From positions 24,924,001 through 24,988,000 of the forward strand of contig OZ024762.1 of NCBI GenBank assembly GCA_964016885.1: 64,000 bases of DNA. The letters are read 5' to 3'. Below are positions 23,301 through 35,426 of the stretch, one piece after another. How positions within the stretch are numbered: position 1 is the stretch's first letter; every line of letters begins with the position of its first letter. The notes below the pieces were generated by a model that was not told the DNA's origin, did no database searches, and saw only the letters and a program-made list of their open reading frames with translations. This stretch comes from Eledone cirrhosa (Eukaryota). The translations under genes were made by a program, and so were the position numbers.

Positions 23301-26300
23301 GTAGTACTAGTGGTGTTATTGGTGGTGGTGGTGGTGGTGGTAGTGGTGTTATTGGTGGTGGTGGTGGTTGTGGTAGTACTAGTGGTGTTATTGGTGGTGG
23401 TGGTGGTGGTGGTAGTACTAGTGGTGTTATTGGTGGTGGTGGTGGTGGTAGTAGTACTAGTGGTGTTATTGGTGGTGGTGGTGGTGGTGGTAGTACTAGT
23501 GGTGTTATTGGTGGTGGTGGTGGTGGTAGTAGTACTAGTGGTGTTATTGGTGGTGGTGGTGGTTGTGGTAGTACTAGTGGTGTTATTGGTGGTGGTGGTG
23601 GTGGTGGTAGTACTAGTGGTGTTATTGGTGGTGGTGGTGGTGGTAGTAGTACTAGTGGTGTTATTGGTGGTGGTGGTGGTTGTGGTAGTACTAGTGGTGT
23701 TATTGGTGGTGGTGGTGGTGGTGGTAGTACTAGTGGTGTTATTGGTGGTGGTGGTGGTGGTGGTAGTACTAGTGGTGTTATTGGTGGTGGTGGTGGTGGT
23801 GGTGGTAGTACTAGTGGTGTTATTGGTGGTGGTGGTGGTGGTGGTAGTACTAGTGGTGTTATTGGTGGTGGTGGTGGTGGTAGTAGTACTAGTGGTGTTA
23901 TTGGTGTTGGTGGTGGTCGTGGTGGTAGTAGTACTAGTGGCGTTATTGGTGGTGGTGGTGGTAGTACTAGTGGTGTTACTGGTGGTGGTGGTGGTGGTGG
24001 TAGTACTAGTGGTGGTGGTAGTACTAGTGGTGTTATTGGTGTTGGTGGTGGTGGTGGTGGTAGTACTAGTGGTGTTATTGGTGGTGGTGGTGGTGGTGGT
24101 AGTACTTGTGGTGTTATTGGTGGTGGTGGTGGTGGTGGTGGTAGTACTAGTGGTGTTATTGGTGGTGGTGGTGGTTGTGGTAGTACTTGTGGTGTTATTG
24201 GTGTTAGTGGTGGTGGTGGTGGTAGTACTAGTGGTGTTATTGGTGTTGGTGGTGGTGGTGGTGGTAGTACTTGTGGTGTTATTGGTGGTGGTGGTGGTGG
24301 TTGTGGTAGTAGTACTAGTGGTGTTATTGGTGTTGGTGGTGGTGGTGGCGGTTGTGGTAGTACTAATGGTGTTATTGGTGGTGGTGGTGGTGGTGGTAGT
24401 ACTAGTGGTGTTATTGGTGGTGGTGGTGGTGGTAGTACTAGTGGTGTTATTGGTGGTGGTGGTGGTGGTGGTGGTAGTACTAGTGGTGTCATTGGTGGTG
24501 GTGGTGGTGGTGGTGGTAGTACTAGTGGTGTTATTGGTGGTGGTGGTGGTGGTAGTACTAGTGGTGTTATTGGTGGTGGTGGTGGTGGTGGTGGTAGTAC
24601 TAGTGGTGTCATTGGTGGTGGTGGTGGTGGTGGTAGTACTAGTGGTGTCATTGGTGGTGGTGGTGGTGGTGGTAGTACTAGTGGTGTCATTGGTGGTGGT
24701 GGTGGTGGTAGTAGTACTAGTGGTGTTATTGGTGGTGGTGGTGGTGGTTGTGGTAGTACTAGTGGTGTTATTGGTGTTGGTGGTGGTGGTGGTGGTAGTA
24801 CTAGTGGCGTTATTGGTGTTGGTGGTGGTGGTGGTGGTAGTACTAGTGGTGTTATTGGTGTTGGTGGTGGTGGTGGCGGTTGTGGTAGTACTAATGGTGT
24901 TATTGGTGGTTGTGGTGGTGGTAGTACTAGGTGTTATTGGTGGTGGTGGTGGTGGTAGTACTAGTGGTGTTATTGGTGGTGGTGGTGGTGGTGGTAGTAC
25001 TAGTGGTGTTATTGGTGGTGGTGGTGGTGGTGGTAGTACTAGTGGTGTTATTGGTGGTGGTGGTGGTGGTGGTGGTAGTACTAGTGGTGTTATTGGTGTT
25101 GGTGGTGGTGGTGGTAGTACTAGTGGTGTTATTGGTGGTGGTGGTGGTGGTGGTAGTACTAGTGGTGTTATTGGTGGTGGTGGTGGTGGTGGTAGTACTT
25201 GTGGTGTTATTGGTGGTGGTGGTGGTGGTGGTAGTACTAGTGGTGTTATTGGTGGTGGTGGTGGTGGTGGTGGTGGTAGTAGTGGTGTTATTGGTGTTGG
25301 TGGTGGTGGTGGTAGTACTAGTGGTGTTATTGGTGGTGGTGGTGGTGGTGGTAGTACTAGTGGTGTTATTGGTGTTGGTGGTGGTGGTGGTGGTAGTACT
25401 AGTGGTGTTATTGGTGTTGGTGGTGGTGGTGGTGGTTGTGGTAGTACTAGTGGTGTTATTGGTGTTGGTGGTGGTGGTGGTAGTACTAGTGGTGTTATTG
25501 GTGGTGGTGGTGGTGGTAGTAGTACTAGTGGTGTTATTGGTGTTGGTGGTGGTGGTGGTAGTACTAGTGGTGTTATTGGTGTTGGTGGTGGTGGTGGTAG
25601 TACTAGTGGTGTTATTGGTGTTGGTGGTGGTGGTGGTGGTAGTACTAGTGGTGTTATTGGTGTTGGTGGTGGTGGTGGTGGTAGTACTAGTGGTGTTATT
25701 GGTGTTGGTGGTGGTGGTGGTGGTTGTGGTAGTACTAGTGGTGTTATTGGTGGTGGTGGTAGTAGTACTAGTGGTGTTATTGGTGGTGGTGGTGGTGGTA
25801 GTAGTACTAGTGGTGTTATTGGTGTTGGTGGTGGTGGTGGTAGTACTAGTGGTGTTATTGGTGTTGGTGGTGGTGGTGGTAGTACTAGTGGTGTTATTGG
25901 TGGTGGTGGTGGTGGTGGCGGTTGTGGTAGTACTAGTGGTGTTATTGGTGTTGGTGGTGGTGGTGGTAGTACTAGTGGTGTTATTGGTGTTGGTGGTGGT
26001 TGTGGTAGTACTAGTGGTGTTATTGGTGTTGGTGGTGGTGGTGGTGGTTGTGGTAGTACTAGTGGTGTTATTGGTGTTGGTGGTGGTTGTGGTAGTACTA
26101 GTGGTGTTATTGGTGTTGGTGGTGGTTGTGGTAGTACTAGTGGTGTTATTGGTGTTGGTGGTGGTTGTGGTAGTACTAGTGGTGTTATTGGTGTTGGTGG
26201 TGGTGGTGGTGGTTGTGGTAGTACTAGTGGTGTTATTGGTGTTGGTGGTGGTTGTGGTAGTACTAGTGGTGTTATTGGTGTTGGTGGTGGTGGTGGTGGT

Positions 26301-29300
26301 TGTGGTAGTACTAGTGGTGTTATTGGTGTTGGTGGTGGTGGTGGTAGTACTAGTGGTGTTATTGGTGGTGGTGGTGGTGGTAGTAGTACTAGTGGTGTTA
26401 TTGGTGTTGGTGGTGGTGGTGGTAGTACTAGTGGTGTTATTGGTGTTGGTGGTGGTGGTGGTGGTAGTACTAGTGGTGTTATTGGTGTTGGTGGTGGTGG
26501 TGGTGGTAGTACTAGTGGTGTTATTGGTGTTGGTGGTGGTGGTGGTGGTTGTGGTAGTACTAGTGGTGTTATTGGTGTTGGTGGTGGTGGTGGTAGTACT
26601 AGTGGTGTTATTGGTGGTGGTGGTGGTGGTAGTAGTACTAGTGGTGTTATTGGTGTTGTTGGTGGTGGTGGTAGTACTAGTGGTGTTATTGGTGTTGGTG
26701 GTGGTTGTGGTAGTACTAGTGGTGTTATTGGTGTTGGTGGTGGTTGTGGTGGTAGTACTAGTGGTGTTATTGGTGTTGGTGGTGGTGGTGGTGGTAGTAC
26801 TAGTGGTGTTATTGGTGTTGGTGGTGGTGGTGGTGGTTGTGGTAGTACTAGTGGTGTTATTGGTGTTGGTGGTGGTTGTGGTAGTACTAGTGGTGTTATT
26901 GGTGTTGGTGGTGGTGGTGGTGGTGGTGGTAGTACTAGTGGTGGTGGTGGTGGTAGTAGTACTAGTGGTGTTATTGGTGTTGTTGGTGGTGGTGGTAGTA
27001 CTAGTGGTGTTATTGGTGGTGGTGGTGGTGGTAGTAGTACTAGTGGTGTTATTGGTGTTGTTGGTGGTGGTGGTAGTACTAGTGGTGTTATTGGTGGTGG
27101 TGGTGGTGGTAGTAGTACTAGTGGTGTTATTGGTGTTGTTGGTGGTGGTGGTAGTACTAGTGGTGTTATTGGTGTTGGTGGTGGTGGTGGTAGTACTAGT
27201 GGTGTTATTGGTGTTGGTGGTAGTGGATTGTGGTAGTACTAGTGGTGTTATTGGTGGTGGTGGTGGTGGTGGTGGTGGTTGTGGTAGTACTAGTGGTGTT
27301 ATTGGTGGTGGTGGTGGTGGTGGTGGTGGTGGTGGTGGCGGTTGTGGTAGTACTAGTGGTGTTATTGGTGTTGGTGGTGGTGGTGGTGGTAGTACTAGTG
27401 GTGTTATTGGTGTTGGTGGTGGTGGTGGTGGTTGTGGTAGTACTAGTGGTGTTATTGGTGTTGGTGGTGGCGGTTGTGGTAGTACTAGTGGTGTTATTGG
27501 TGTTGGTGGTGGCGGTTGTGGTAGTACTAGTGGTGTTATTGGTGGTGGTGGTGGTGGTGGTGGTAGTACTAGTGGTGTTATTGGTGTTGGTGGTGGTGGT
27601 GGCGGTTGTGGTAGTACTAGTGGTGTTATTGGTGTTGGTGGTGGTGGTGGTGGTAGTACTAGTGGTGTTATTGGTGTTGGTGGTGGTGGTGGTTGTGGTA
27701 GTACTAGTGGTGTTATTGGTGTTGGTGGTGGTGGTGGTGGTGGTAGTACTAGTGGTGTTATTTGTGTTGGTGGTGGTGGTGGTGGTTGTGGTAGTACTAG
27801 TGGTGTTATTGGTGGTGGTGGTAGTAGTAGTACTAGTGGTGTTATTGGTGTTGGTGTTGGTGGTGCTGGTAGTAGTACTAGTGGTGTTATTGGTGTTGGT
27901 GTTGGTGGTGCTGGTAGTAGTACTAGTGGTGTTATTGGTGTTGGTGGTGGTGGTGCTGGTAGTAGTACTAGTGGTGTTATTGGTGTTGGTGGTGGTGGTG
28001 CTGGTAGTAGTACTAGTGGTGTTATTGGTGTTGGTGTTGGTGGTGCTGGTAGTAGTACTAGTGGTGTTATTGGTGTTGGTGGTGGTGGTGCTGGTAGTAG
28101 TACTAGTGGTGTTATTGGTGTTGGTGGTGGTGGTGCTGGTAGTAGTACTAGTGGTGTTATTGGTGTTGGTGTTGGTGGTGCTGGTAGTAGTACTAGTGGT
28201 GTTATTGGTGTTGGTGGTGGTGGTGCTGGTAGTAGTACTAGTGGTGTTATTGGTGTTGGTGTTGGTGGTGCTGGTAGTAATACTAGTGGTGTTATTGGTG
28301 CTGGTGGTGGTGGTGCTGGTAGTAGTACTAGTGGTGTTATTGGTGTTGGTGGTGGTGGTGCTGGTAGTAGTACTAGTGGTGTTATTGGTGGTAGCGGTGG
28401 TGGTCGTGGTGGTAGTAGTATTAATGGTGTTATTGGTGGTAGTGGTGGTGGTCGTGGTGGTAGTACTAGTGGTGTTAAAGGTGTTGGTGGTGGTCGTGGT
28501 GGTAGTAGTACTAGTGGTGTTATTGGTGTTGGTGGTGGTGGTGGTGGTGGTAGTACTAGTGGTTTTATTGGTGTTGGTGGTGGTGGTGGTGGTAGTAGTA
28601 CTAGTGGTGTTATTGGTGTTGGTGGTGGTGATCGTGGTGGTAGTAGTACTAGTGGTGTTATTGGTGTTGGTGGTTGTGGTTGTAGTAGTACTAGTGGTGT
28701 TATTGGTGTTGGTGTTGGTGGTTGTGTTAGTACTAGTGGTGTTATTGGTGTTGTTGGTGGTGGTGGTAGTTCTACTAGTGGTGTTATTGGTGTTGATGGT
28801 TGTGGTGGTGGTGTTATGCTAGTGGTAGTGGTGTTGGTGTTGTTGCTAGTGGTGGTGTTGTTAGTGGTGGTGTTGTTAGTGGTGGTTGTGGTGGTGGTGG
28901 TGTTATGCTAGTGGTAGTGGTGGTGGTGTTGTTGCTAGTGGTGGTGTTGTTAGTGGTAGTGGTTGTTGTGGTGTTATGCTAGTGGTAGTGGTGGTGGTGT
29001 TGTTGCTAGTGGTGTTGTGGTGTTATGCTAGTGGTTGTGGTGGTAGTGTTGTTGCAAGTGGTGGTGTTGTTAGTGGTAGTGGTGGTTGTGGTGGTGGTGT
29101 TGTTGCTAGTGGTGGTGTTGTTAGTAGAAGTGGTGGTTGTGGTGGTGGTGTAGTTGCTAGTGGTGGTGTTTTTAGTGGTAGTGGCGGTTGTGGTGGTGGT
29201 GGTGTTGTTAGTGGTGGTGTTGTTAGTGGTAGTGGTGGTTGTGGTGCTGTTATTGGTAGTGGTGGTTGTGGTGGAGGTGGTGTTGTTAGTGGTGGTGTTG

Positions 29301-31555
29301 TTAGAGGTAGTGGTGGTTGTGGTGGTGGTGGTGGTGTTGTTAGTGGTGATGTTGTTAGTGGTAGTGGTGGTGGTGTTGTTAGTGGTGGTGTTGTTAGTGG
29401 TAGTGGTGGTTGTGGTGGTGGTGTTGTTGTTAGTGGTGGTGTTGTTAGTGGTAGTGGTGGTTGTGGTGGTTGTGGTGGTTGTGGTGGTGTTGTTAGTGGT
29501 AGTGGTGGTTGTGGTGGTGGTGTTGTTGTTAGTGGTGGTGTTGTTAGTGGTAGTGGTGGTTGTGGTGGTGTTGTTAGTGGTAGTGGTGGTTGTGGTGGTG
29601 GTGGTGTTGTTGTTAGTGGTGGTGTTGTTAGTGGTAGTGGTGGTTGTGGTGGTTGTGGTGGTGTTGTTAGTGGTAGTGGTGGTTGTGGTGGTGGTGTTGT
29701 TGTTGTTAGTGGTGGTAGTGGTGGTGGTAGTCGTGGTTGTGGTGGTGGTGTTGTTGTTAGTGGTGGTGTTGTTAGTGGTAGTGGTGGTTGTGGTGGTTGT
29801 GGTGGTGTTGTTAGTGGTAGTGGTGATTGTGGTGGTGGTGGTGTTGTTAGTGGTAGTGGTGGTTGTGGTGGTTGTGGTGGTGTTGTTAGTGGTAGTGGTG
29901 GTTGTGGTGGTGGTGTTGTTGTTAGTGGTGGTGTTGTTAGTGGTAGTGGTGGTTGTGGTGGTTGTGGTGGTGTTGTTAGTGGTAGTGGTGGTTGTGGTGG
30001 TGGTGGTGTTGTTAGTGGTAGTGGTGGTTGTGGTGGTGGTGTTGTTGTTAGTGGTGGTGTTGTTAGTGGTAGTGGTGGTTGTGGTGGTGGTGTTGTTGTT
30101 AGTGGTGGTGTTGTTAGTGGTAGTGGTGGTTGTGGTGGTTGTGGTGGTGTTGTTAGTGGTGGTTGTGGTGGTGTTGTTAGTGGTAGTGGTGGTTGTGGTG
30201 GTGGTGGTGTTGTTAGTGGTGGTGTTGTTAGTGGTAGTGGTGCTTGTGGTGGTGTTGTTAGTGGTAGTGGTGGTTGTGGTGGTGGTGTTGTTGTTGCTAG
30301 TTGTGGTTTTGTTAGTGGTAGTGGTGGTTGTGGTGGTGTTGTTAGTGGTGGTGTTGTTAGTGGTAGTGGTGGTTGTGGTGGTGGTGTTGTTGTTAGTGGT
30401 GGTGTTGTTAGTGGTAGTGGTGGTTGTGGTGGTTGTGGTGGTGTTGTTAGTGGTAGTGGTGGTTGTGGTGGTGGTGGTGTTGTTATTGGTAGTGGTGGTT
30501 GTGGTGGTGTTGTTAGTGGTAGTGGTGGTTGTGGTGGTGGTGGTGGTGTTGTTAGTGGTGGTGTTGTTAGTGGTAGTGGTGCTTGTGGTGGTGTTGTTAG
30601 TGGTAGTGGTGGTTGTGGTGGTGGTGTTGTTGTTAGTGGTGGTGTTGTTAGTGGTAGTGGTGGTTGTGGTGGTTGTGGTGGTGTTGTTAGTGGTAGTGGT
30701 GGTGATGGTCGTGGTGGTGTTGTTATTGGTAGTGGTGGTTGTGGTGGTGGTGATGCTAGTGGTGGTGTTGTTAGTGGTAGTGGTGGTTGTGGTGGTGGTG
30801 ATGCTAGTGGTGGTGTTGTTAGTGGTAGTGGTGGTTGTGGTGGTGTTGTTAGTGGTAGTGGTGGTTGTGGTGGTGGTGATGCTAGTGGTGGTGTTGTTAG
30901 TGGTAGTGGTGGTTGTGGTGTAGTTGCTAGTGGTGGTGTTGTTAGTGGTAGTGGTGGTTGTGGTGGTGGTGATGCTAGTGGTGGTGTTGTTAGTGGTAGT
31001 GGTGGTTGTGGTGGTGGTGATGCTAGTGTTGGTGTTGTTAGTGGTAGTGGTGGTTGTGGTGGTGGTGATGCTAGTGGTGGTGTTGTTAGTGGTAGTGGTG
31101 GTTGTGGTGGTGGTGATGCTAGTGGTGGTGTTGTTAGTGGTAGTGGTGGTTGTGGTGGTGGTGATGCTAGTGGTGGTGTTGTTAGTGGTAGTGGTGATGC
31201 TAGTGGTGGTGTTGTTAGTGGTAGTGGTGGTTGTGGTGGTGGTGATGCTAGTGGTGGTGTTGTTAGTGGTAGTGGTGGTTGTGGTGGTGGTGTAGTTGCT
31301 AGTGGTGGTGTTGTTAGTGGTAGTGGTGGTTGTGGTGGTGGTGATGCTAGTGGTGGTGTTGTTAGTGGTAGTGGTGGTTGTGGTGGTGGTGATGCTAATG
31401 GTGGTGTTGTTAGTGGTAGTGCTGGTTGTGGTGGTGGTGGTGTTGTTACTGGTAGTGGTGGTTGTGGTGGTGTTGTTAGTGGTAGTGGAGGTTGTGGTGG
31501 TGGTGATGCTAGTGGTGGTGTTGTTAGTGGTAGTGGTGGTAGTGGTGGTTGTGGG
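20380..31555. repeat. 11-kb GT-rich compound minisatellite
   Basis: (GGT)n-AGTACTAGTGGTGTTATT units to about 28800, then GGTAGTGGTGGTTGT(GGT)nGTTGTTAGT units, with a GATGCTAGT variant after about 30750. Confidence 0.97.
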
Positions 31556-31697
31556 CTTTTTTTTTCTGGTCAATTAACGATTGTATTTACATATTCTTTA
31601 ATTCATTTTGTGTGTGTATGTGTATGTTATGAGTATGCTATGTGTGTGTATGCTTTATATTCTGTTTGCTTGTTTGCGTAACAAAGTATTACACACT

Positions 31698-31769
<72 letters not shown>

Positions 31770-31873
31770 CATATATATATGTATGTATGTATGTATGCAT
31801 GTATACATACATATATATATATATGCAAGCATGTATACATACATATATATATATATGCAAGCATGTATACTAC

Positions 31874-31911
<38 letters not shown>

Positions 31912-32034
31912 AGTCTATTTTATATATTTATTTATATTATATTTCGTGTTGTGGTTTATTTTTTCTCGATCTTTTAAACGGCTCATTCGGAAGAAAAAAA
32001 CTAGAAAGAACGAAAAAAATGCAAAAAAAAAAGA

Positions 32035-32122
32035 ATAAAATAAAAAATAAAATAAAATAAAATAAAATAAAATAAAATAAAATAAAATAAAATAAAATAA
32101 AATAAAATAAAATAAAATAAAT
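32035..32122. repeat. (TAAAA)n microsatellite
   Basis: Seen directly in the sequence. Confidence 0.95.
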
Positions 32123-32811
32123 CCTTATTTAAAATCATCAATAACTGAAAGCTTCATTTAGCTTCATGGACGGTCGGATGAATGGTTGTAATGGAGGAGA
32201 CGGGAGTAGTAGGCATAAGGTCCGCATTGTTGTCAGGTTGACTGGTTAATTTCTCTTACTAGGAATTTCTTTCAACACGCTGACGCGTATGTGTATATGT
32301 ATGTGCATGCGTATGTATGTGTGTGTGTATGTTCATATGCATACATTTATATGTATGAGTATATAAATATAAACGTGTAAACAAAGACACACTTACAAAA
32401 ATACAGACTCACAGACATAGTCACACAAACACACACATACATTCATACACACACACACATTCAAACTCACACACACATACATTTACACAAACACAAGATA
32501 CATTCACACAAATACACACATATACACACAAATACACACATACACAAATACACACATAGATTCACACAAACAGATACACACATACATTTACAGAAACCCA
32601 CACACATGCATTCATACAAACACTCTCATATACATTTACACAATCACTCACACACACATATACACAAACACACTCTCACACATACATACACACAAACACA
32701 CACACGCATACATTCACACACAGCGTAGTAAATGGAACGCTAGCCTCTGTTTTGCTATAGTTTTTTCACCACTCCTCCTTCGTTTTACCCACACATACAT
32801 TCACGCAGGCA

Positions 32812-33742
32812 GCAGACGTAAAGAGGGGGGAGTAGTATGAGGTAGTAAAACTACTCTCTCTTTACGTGTTGTAGGGTGGCAGCAGACGTAAAGAGAGGGG
32901 AGTAGTATGAGGTAGTATAACTACTCCTCTCTCTTTACGTGTTGTAGGGAGGAAGCAGACGTAAAGAGAGGGGAGTAGTATGAGGTAGTAAAACTACTCC
33001 TCTCTCTTTACGTGTTGTAGGGAGGCAGCAGACGTAAAGAGAGGGGAGTAGTATGAGGTAGTAAAACTACTCCTCTCTCTTTACGTGTTGTAGGGTGGCA
33101 GCAGGCGTAAAGAGAGGGGAGTAGTATGAGGTAGTAAAACTACTCCTCTCTCTTTACGTGTTGTAGGGTGGCAGCAGACGGAAAGAGAGGGGAGTAGTAT
33201 GAGGTAGTAAAACTACTCCTCTCTCTTTACGTGTTGTAGGGTGGAAGCAGACGTAAAGAGAGGGGAGTAGTATGAGGTAGTAAAATTACTCCTCTCTCTT
33301 TACGTGTTGTAGGGAGGAAGCAGACGTAAAGATAGGGGAGTAGTACGAGGTAGTAAAACTACTCCTCTCTCTTTACGTGTTGTAGGGAGGAAGCAGACGT
33401 AAAGAGAAGGGAGTAGTATGAGGTAGTAAAACTACTCCTCTCTCTTTACGTGTTGTAGGGAGGAAGCAGACGTAAAGAGAAGGGAGTAGTATGAGGTAGT
33501 AAAACTACTCCTCTCTCTTTACGTGTAGGGTGGAAGCAGACGTAAAGAGAGGGGAGTAGTATGAGGTAGTAAAACCACTCCTCTCTCTTTACGTGTTGTA
33601 GGGTGGAAGCAGACGTAAAGATAGGGGAGTAGTATGAGGTAGTAAAACCACTCCTCTCTCTTTACGTGTTGTAGGGTGGAAGCAGACGTAAAGAGAGGGG
33701 AGTAGTATGAGGTAGTAAAACCACTCCTCTCTCTTTACGTGT
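32812..33742. repeat. 13 x 73-bp tandem array; each unit is a 21-bp stem / 13-nt loop hairpin
   Basis: ACGTAAAGAGAGGGGAGTAGT-ATGAGGTAGTAAA-ACTACTCCTCTCTCTTTACGT plus an 18-nt linker. Units start at 32812, 32882, 32955, 33028 ... 33682. Confidence 0.95.
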
Positions 33743-33754
33743 TAACACACACAA

Positions 33755-33789
<35 letters not shown>

Positions 33790-33904
33790 TGCACACACAT
33801 ATACACACACAGAGACATGCACACGCATACACACATGCACACGCATACACACACACACACACACAATAATACAGATTGATGGATATATAGAGAGATAAAC
33901 TGAC

Positions 33905-33942
<38 letters not shown>

Positions 33943-33965
33943 CTCGATATACAGATAGATAGATA

Positions 33966-35013
33966 GATTTCTTTATTAGCCACAAGGGCGCACATGAAAA
34001 GGGGACAATACAAAGACATATGGCAGGGACTTTACATACAATCGTGTAAAAATATTGAAACAAACAAATTTAACAATCGAAATCCCCAATAGGGGGGATG
34101 CACCACAAATGGGTTGTTTAATACCCCGTAGATAGAACAACCCTCAACTCCAGGAGCCTGTTGTGCAAGTATTCCTTTCTTCCTTTTGCTCTCTTCTTTA
34201 ACCTATAGGTTTATATACAGAGAAGGCCCAATCACTCGGCCCGTTTTTGCCACATTCACCCACCTTTCAGTAAATTTACTGGGGTGCAGTGCCTCTCTCT
34301 CCACTCTGATTCTCCTTCTAAAGTGGTACCTAAAGAAGGGAATCAATTGTTGTCCGGAGAGAAAGGCATATGTCCTCAGTCCTCTCAATCACGTCCACGA
34401 TATAACCTCTTACACCATAGCCACTATACAGAGCAAAACCGCCTCTCTCGTTTTTGAAAGAAGTTGGTGGTTTGATCCTTACTAGGCAGTCAATGGATTT
34501 GTCTGCATAGTTCCACAGGTCGGTTACGCCTGGGCAGTGTACAATTGCGTGCAAGACGGTTTCAATGTCCTGCTCGCATTTTGGACACGTACTCTTGGAA
34601 GGATCCCTGCAGGGGCATCCGTGCCTGTAGATCTTGACACGAACTGGTAGAGTTCCTCGGTAGCACTGCCAGGCCAGGGACCTCTGGTGAGTTCGTCGTC
34701 TTCGACGCCTAGAGACTATCCGAGCAAGTCGTCGCCCTTGTGACGTACTAACCCTCTATAGAATGTCGAAGTGGAGTCTCCACTGATTGCCGTGCCCGCT
34801 TGACAGAGGGCTGTGAGCGCCTGGGCACATTCAATGTGCCCGGCGCCCATCTTCTTCGGTTTCCGCTTGACCCAGGACTGCGGCTCCGTCAGCGAGACAA
34901 GTTGCGGGAAGGCCTGTCTCGCAAGGTTGGTCGGTTGGTCGGTGAGGAATACCTGTAGATGCCGTAGTTTCAGCGCATGTTTGCGCATCATCATCCACAG
35001 CATTCCCAGCCCT
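33966..35013 (-). mobile_element. Tx1-type LINE 3' fragment (diverged relative of the adjacent element)
   Basis: GLGMLWMMMRKHALKLRHLQVFL, HAIVHC, FFRYHFRRRIRVERE. 3' end AATAAAGAAA runs into (TCTA)n. (GATA)n lies at the 5' break. Confidence 0.88.
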
Positions 35014-35426
35014 CTCAGAGATAAAGATAGATAGACAGAGAGATAGATAGATATACAGATATACATATATAGGTAGATAGATAGAAACAGAATTAAATCG
35101 AGAGATAGACAGCTAGACAGATAGATAGATAGATAGATATACAGATAGATAGATAGATAGATACATAGATATACAGAATAATAGATAGATAGATAGATAG
35201 ATAGATATATTTCTTTATTTACCATAAAGGCATAAAAAGAAAGGACAAATACAAAGGGGGAGTTTACATACAATCGAGTAAAAAGGGTATAAAATGAAAA
35301 TAATCGAAAATAACCTCAAAAGGGAGGGGACGTGATGGGGGTTGCACACCCCCCCCCGAAAAAGTGTGCAATCCTTTACCCGGGGAGCACATGGAGAAGG
35401 TGCTCCCCTCTCCTTTACTTCTTTAC

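Noticed and set aside
20314-31681. Very long poly-Val, Gly-rich, Pro-rich and Thr/Asn ORFs (up to 1382 aa)
   Set aside because: Translations of the (GGT)n satellite in several frames and both strands. No signal peptide, unique domain or codon variation, and frames switch at single-base indels.
32812-33742. CRISPR array or let-7 gene cluster
   Set aside because: Linkers are constant and there are no cas genes. The let-7 match is only 10 nt and lies in the loop, not in a hairpin arm.
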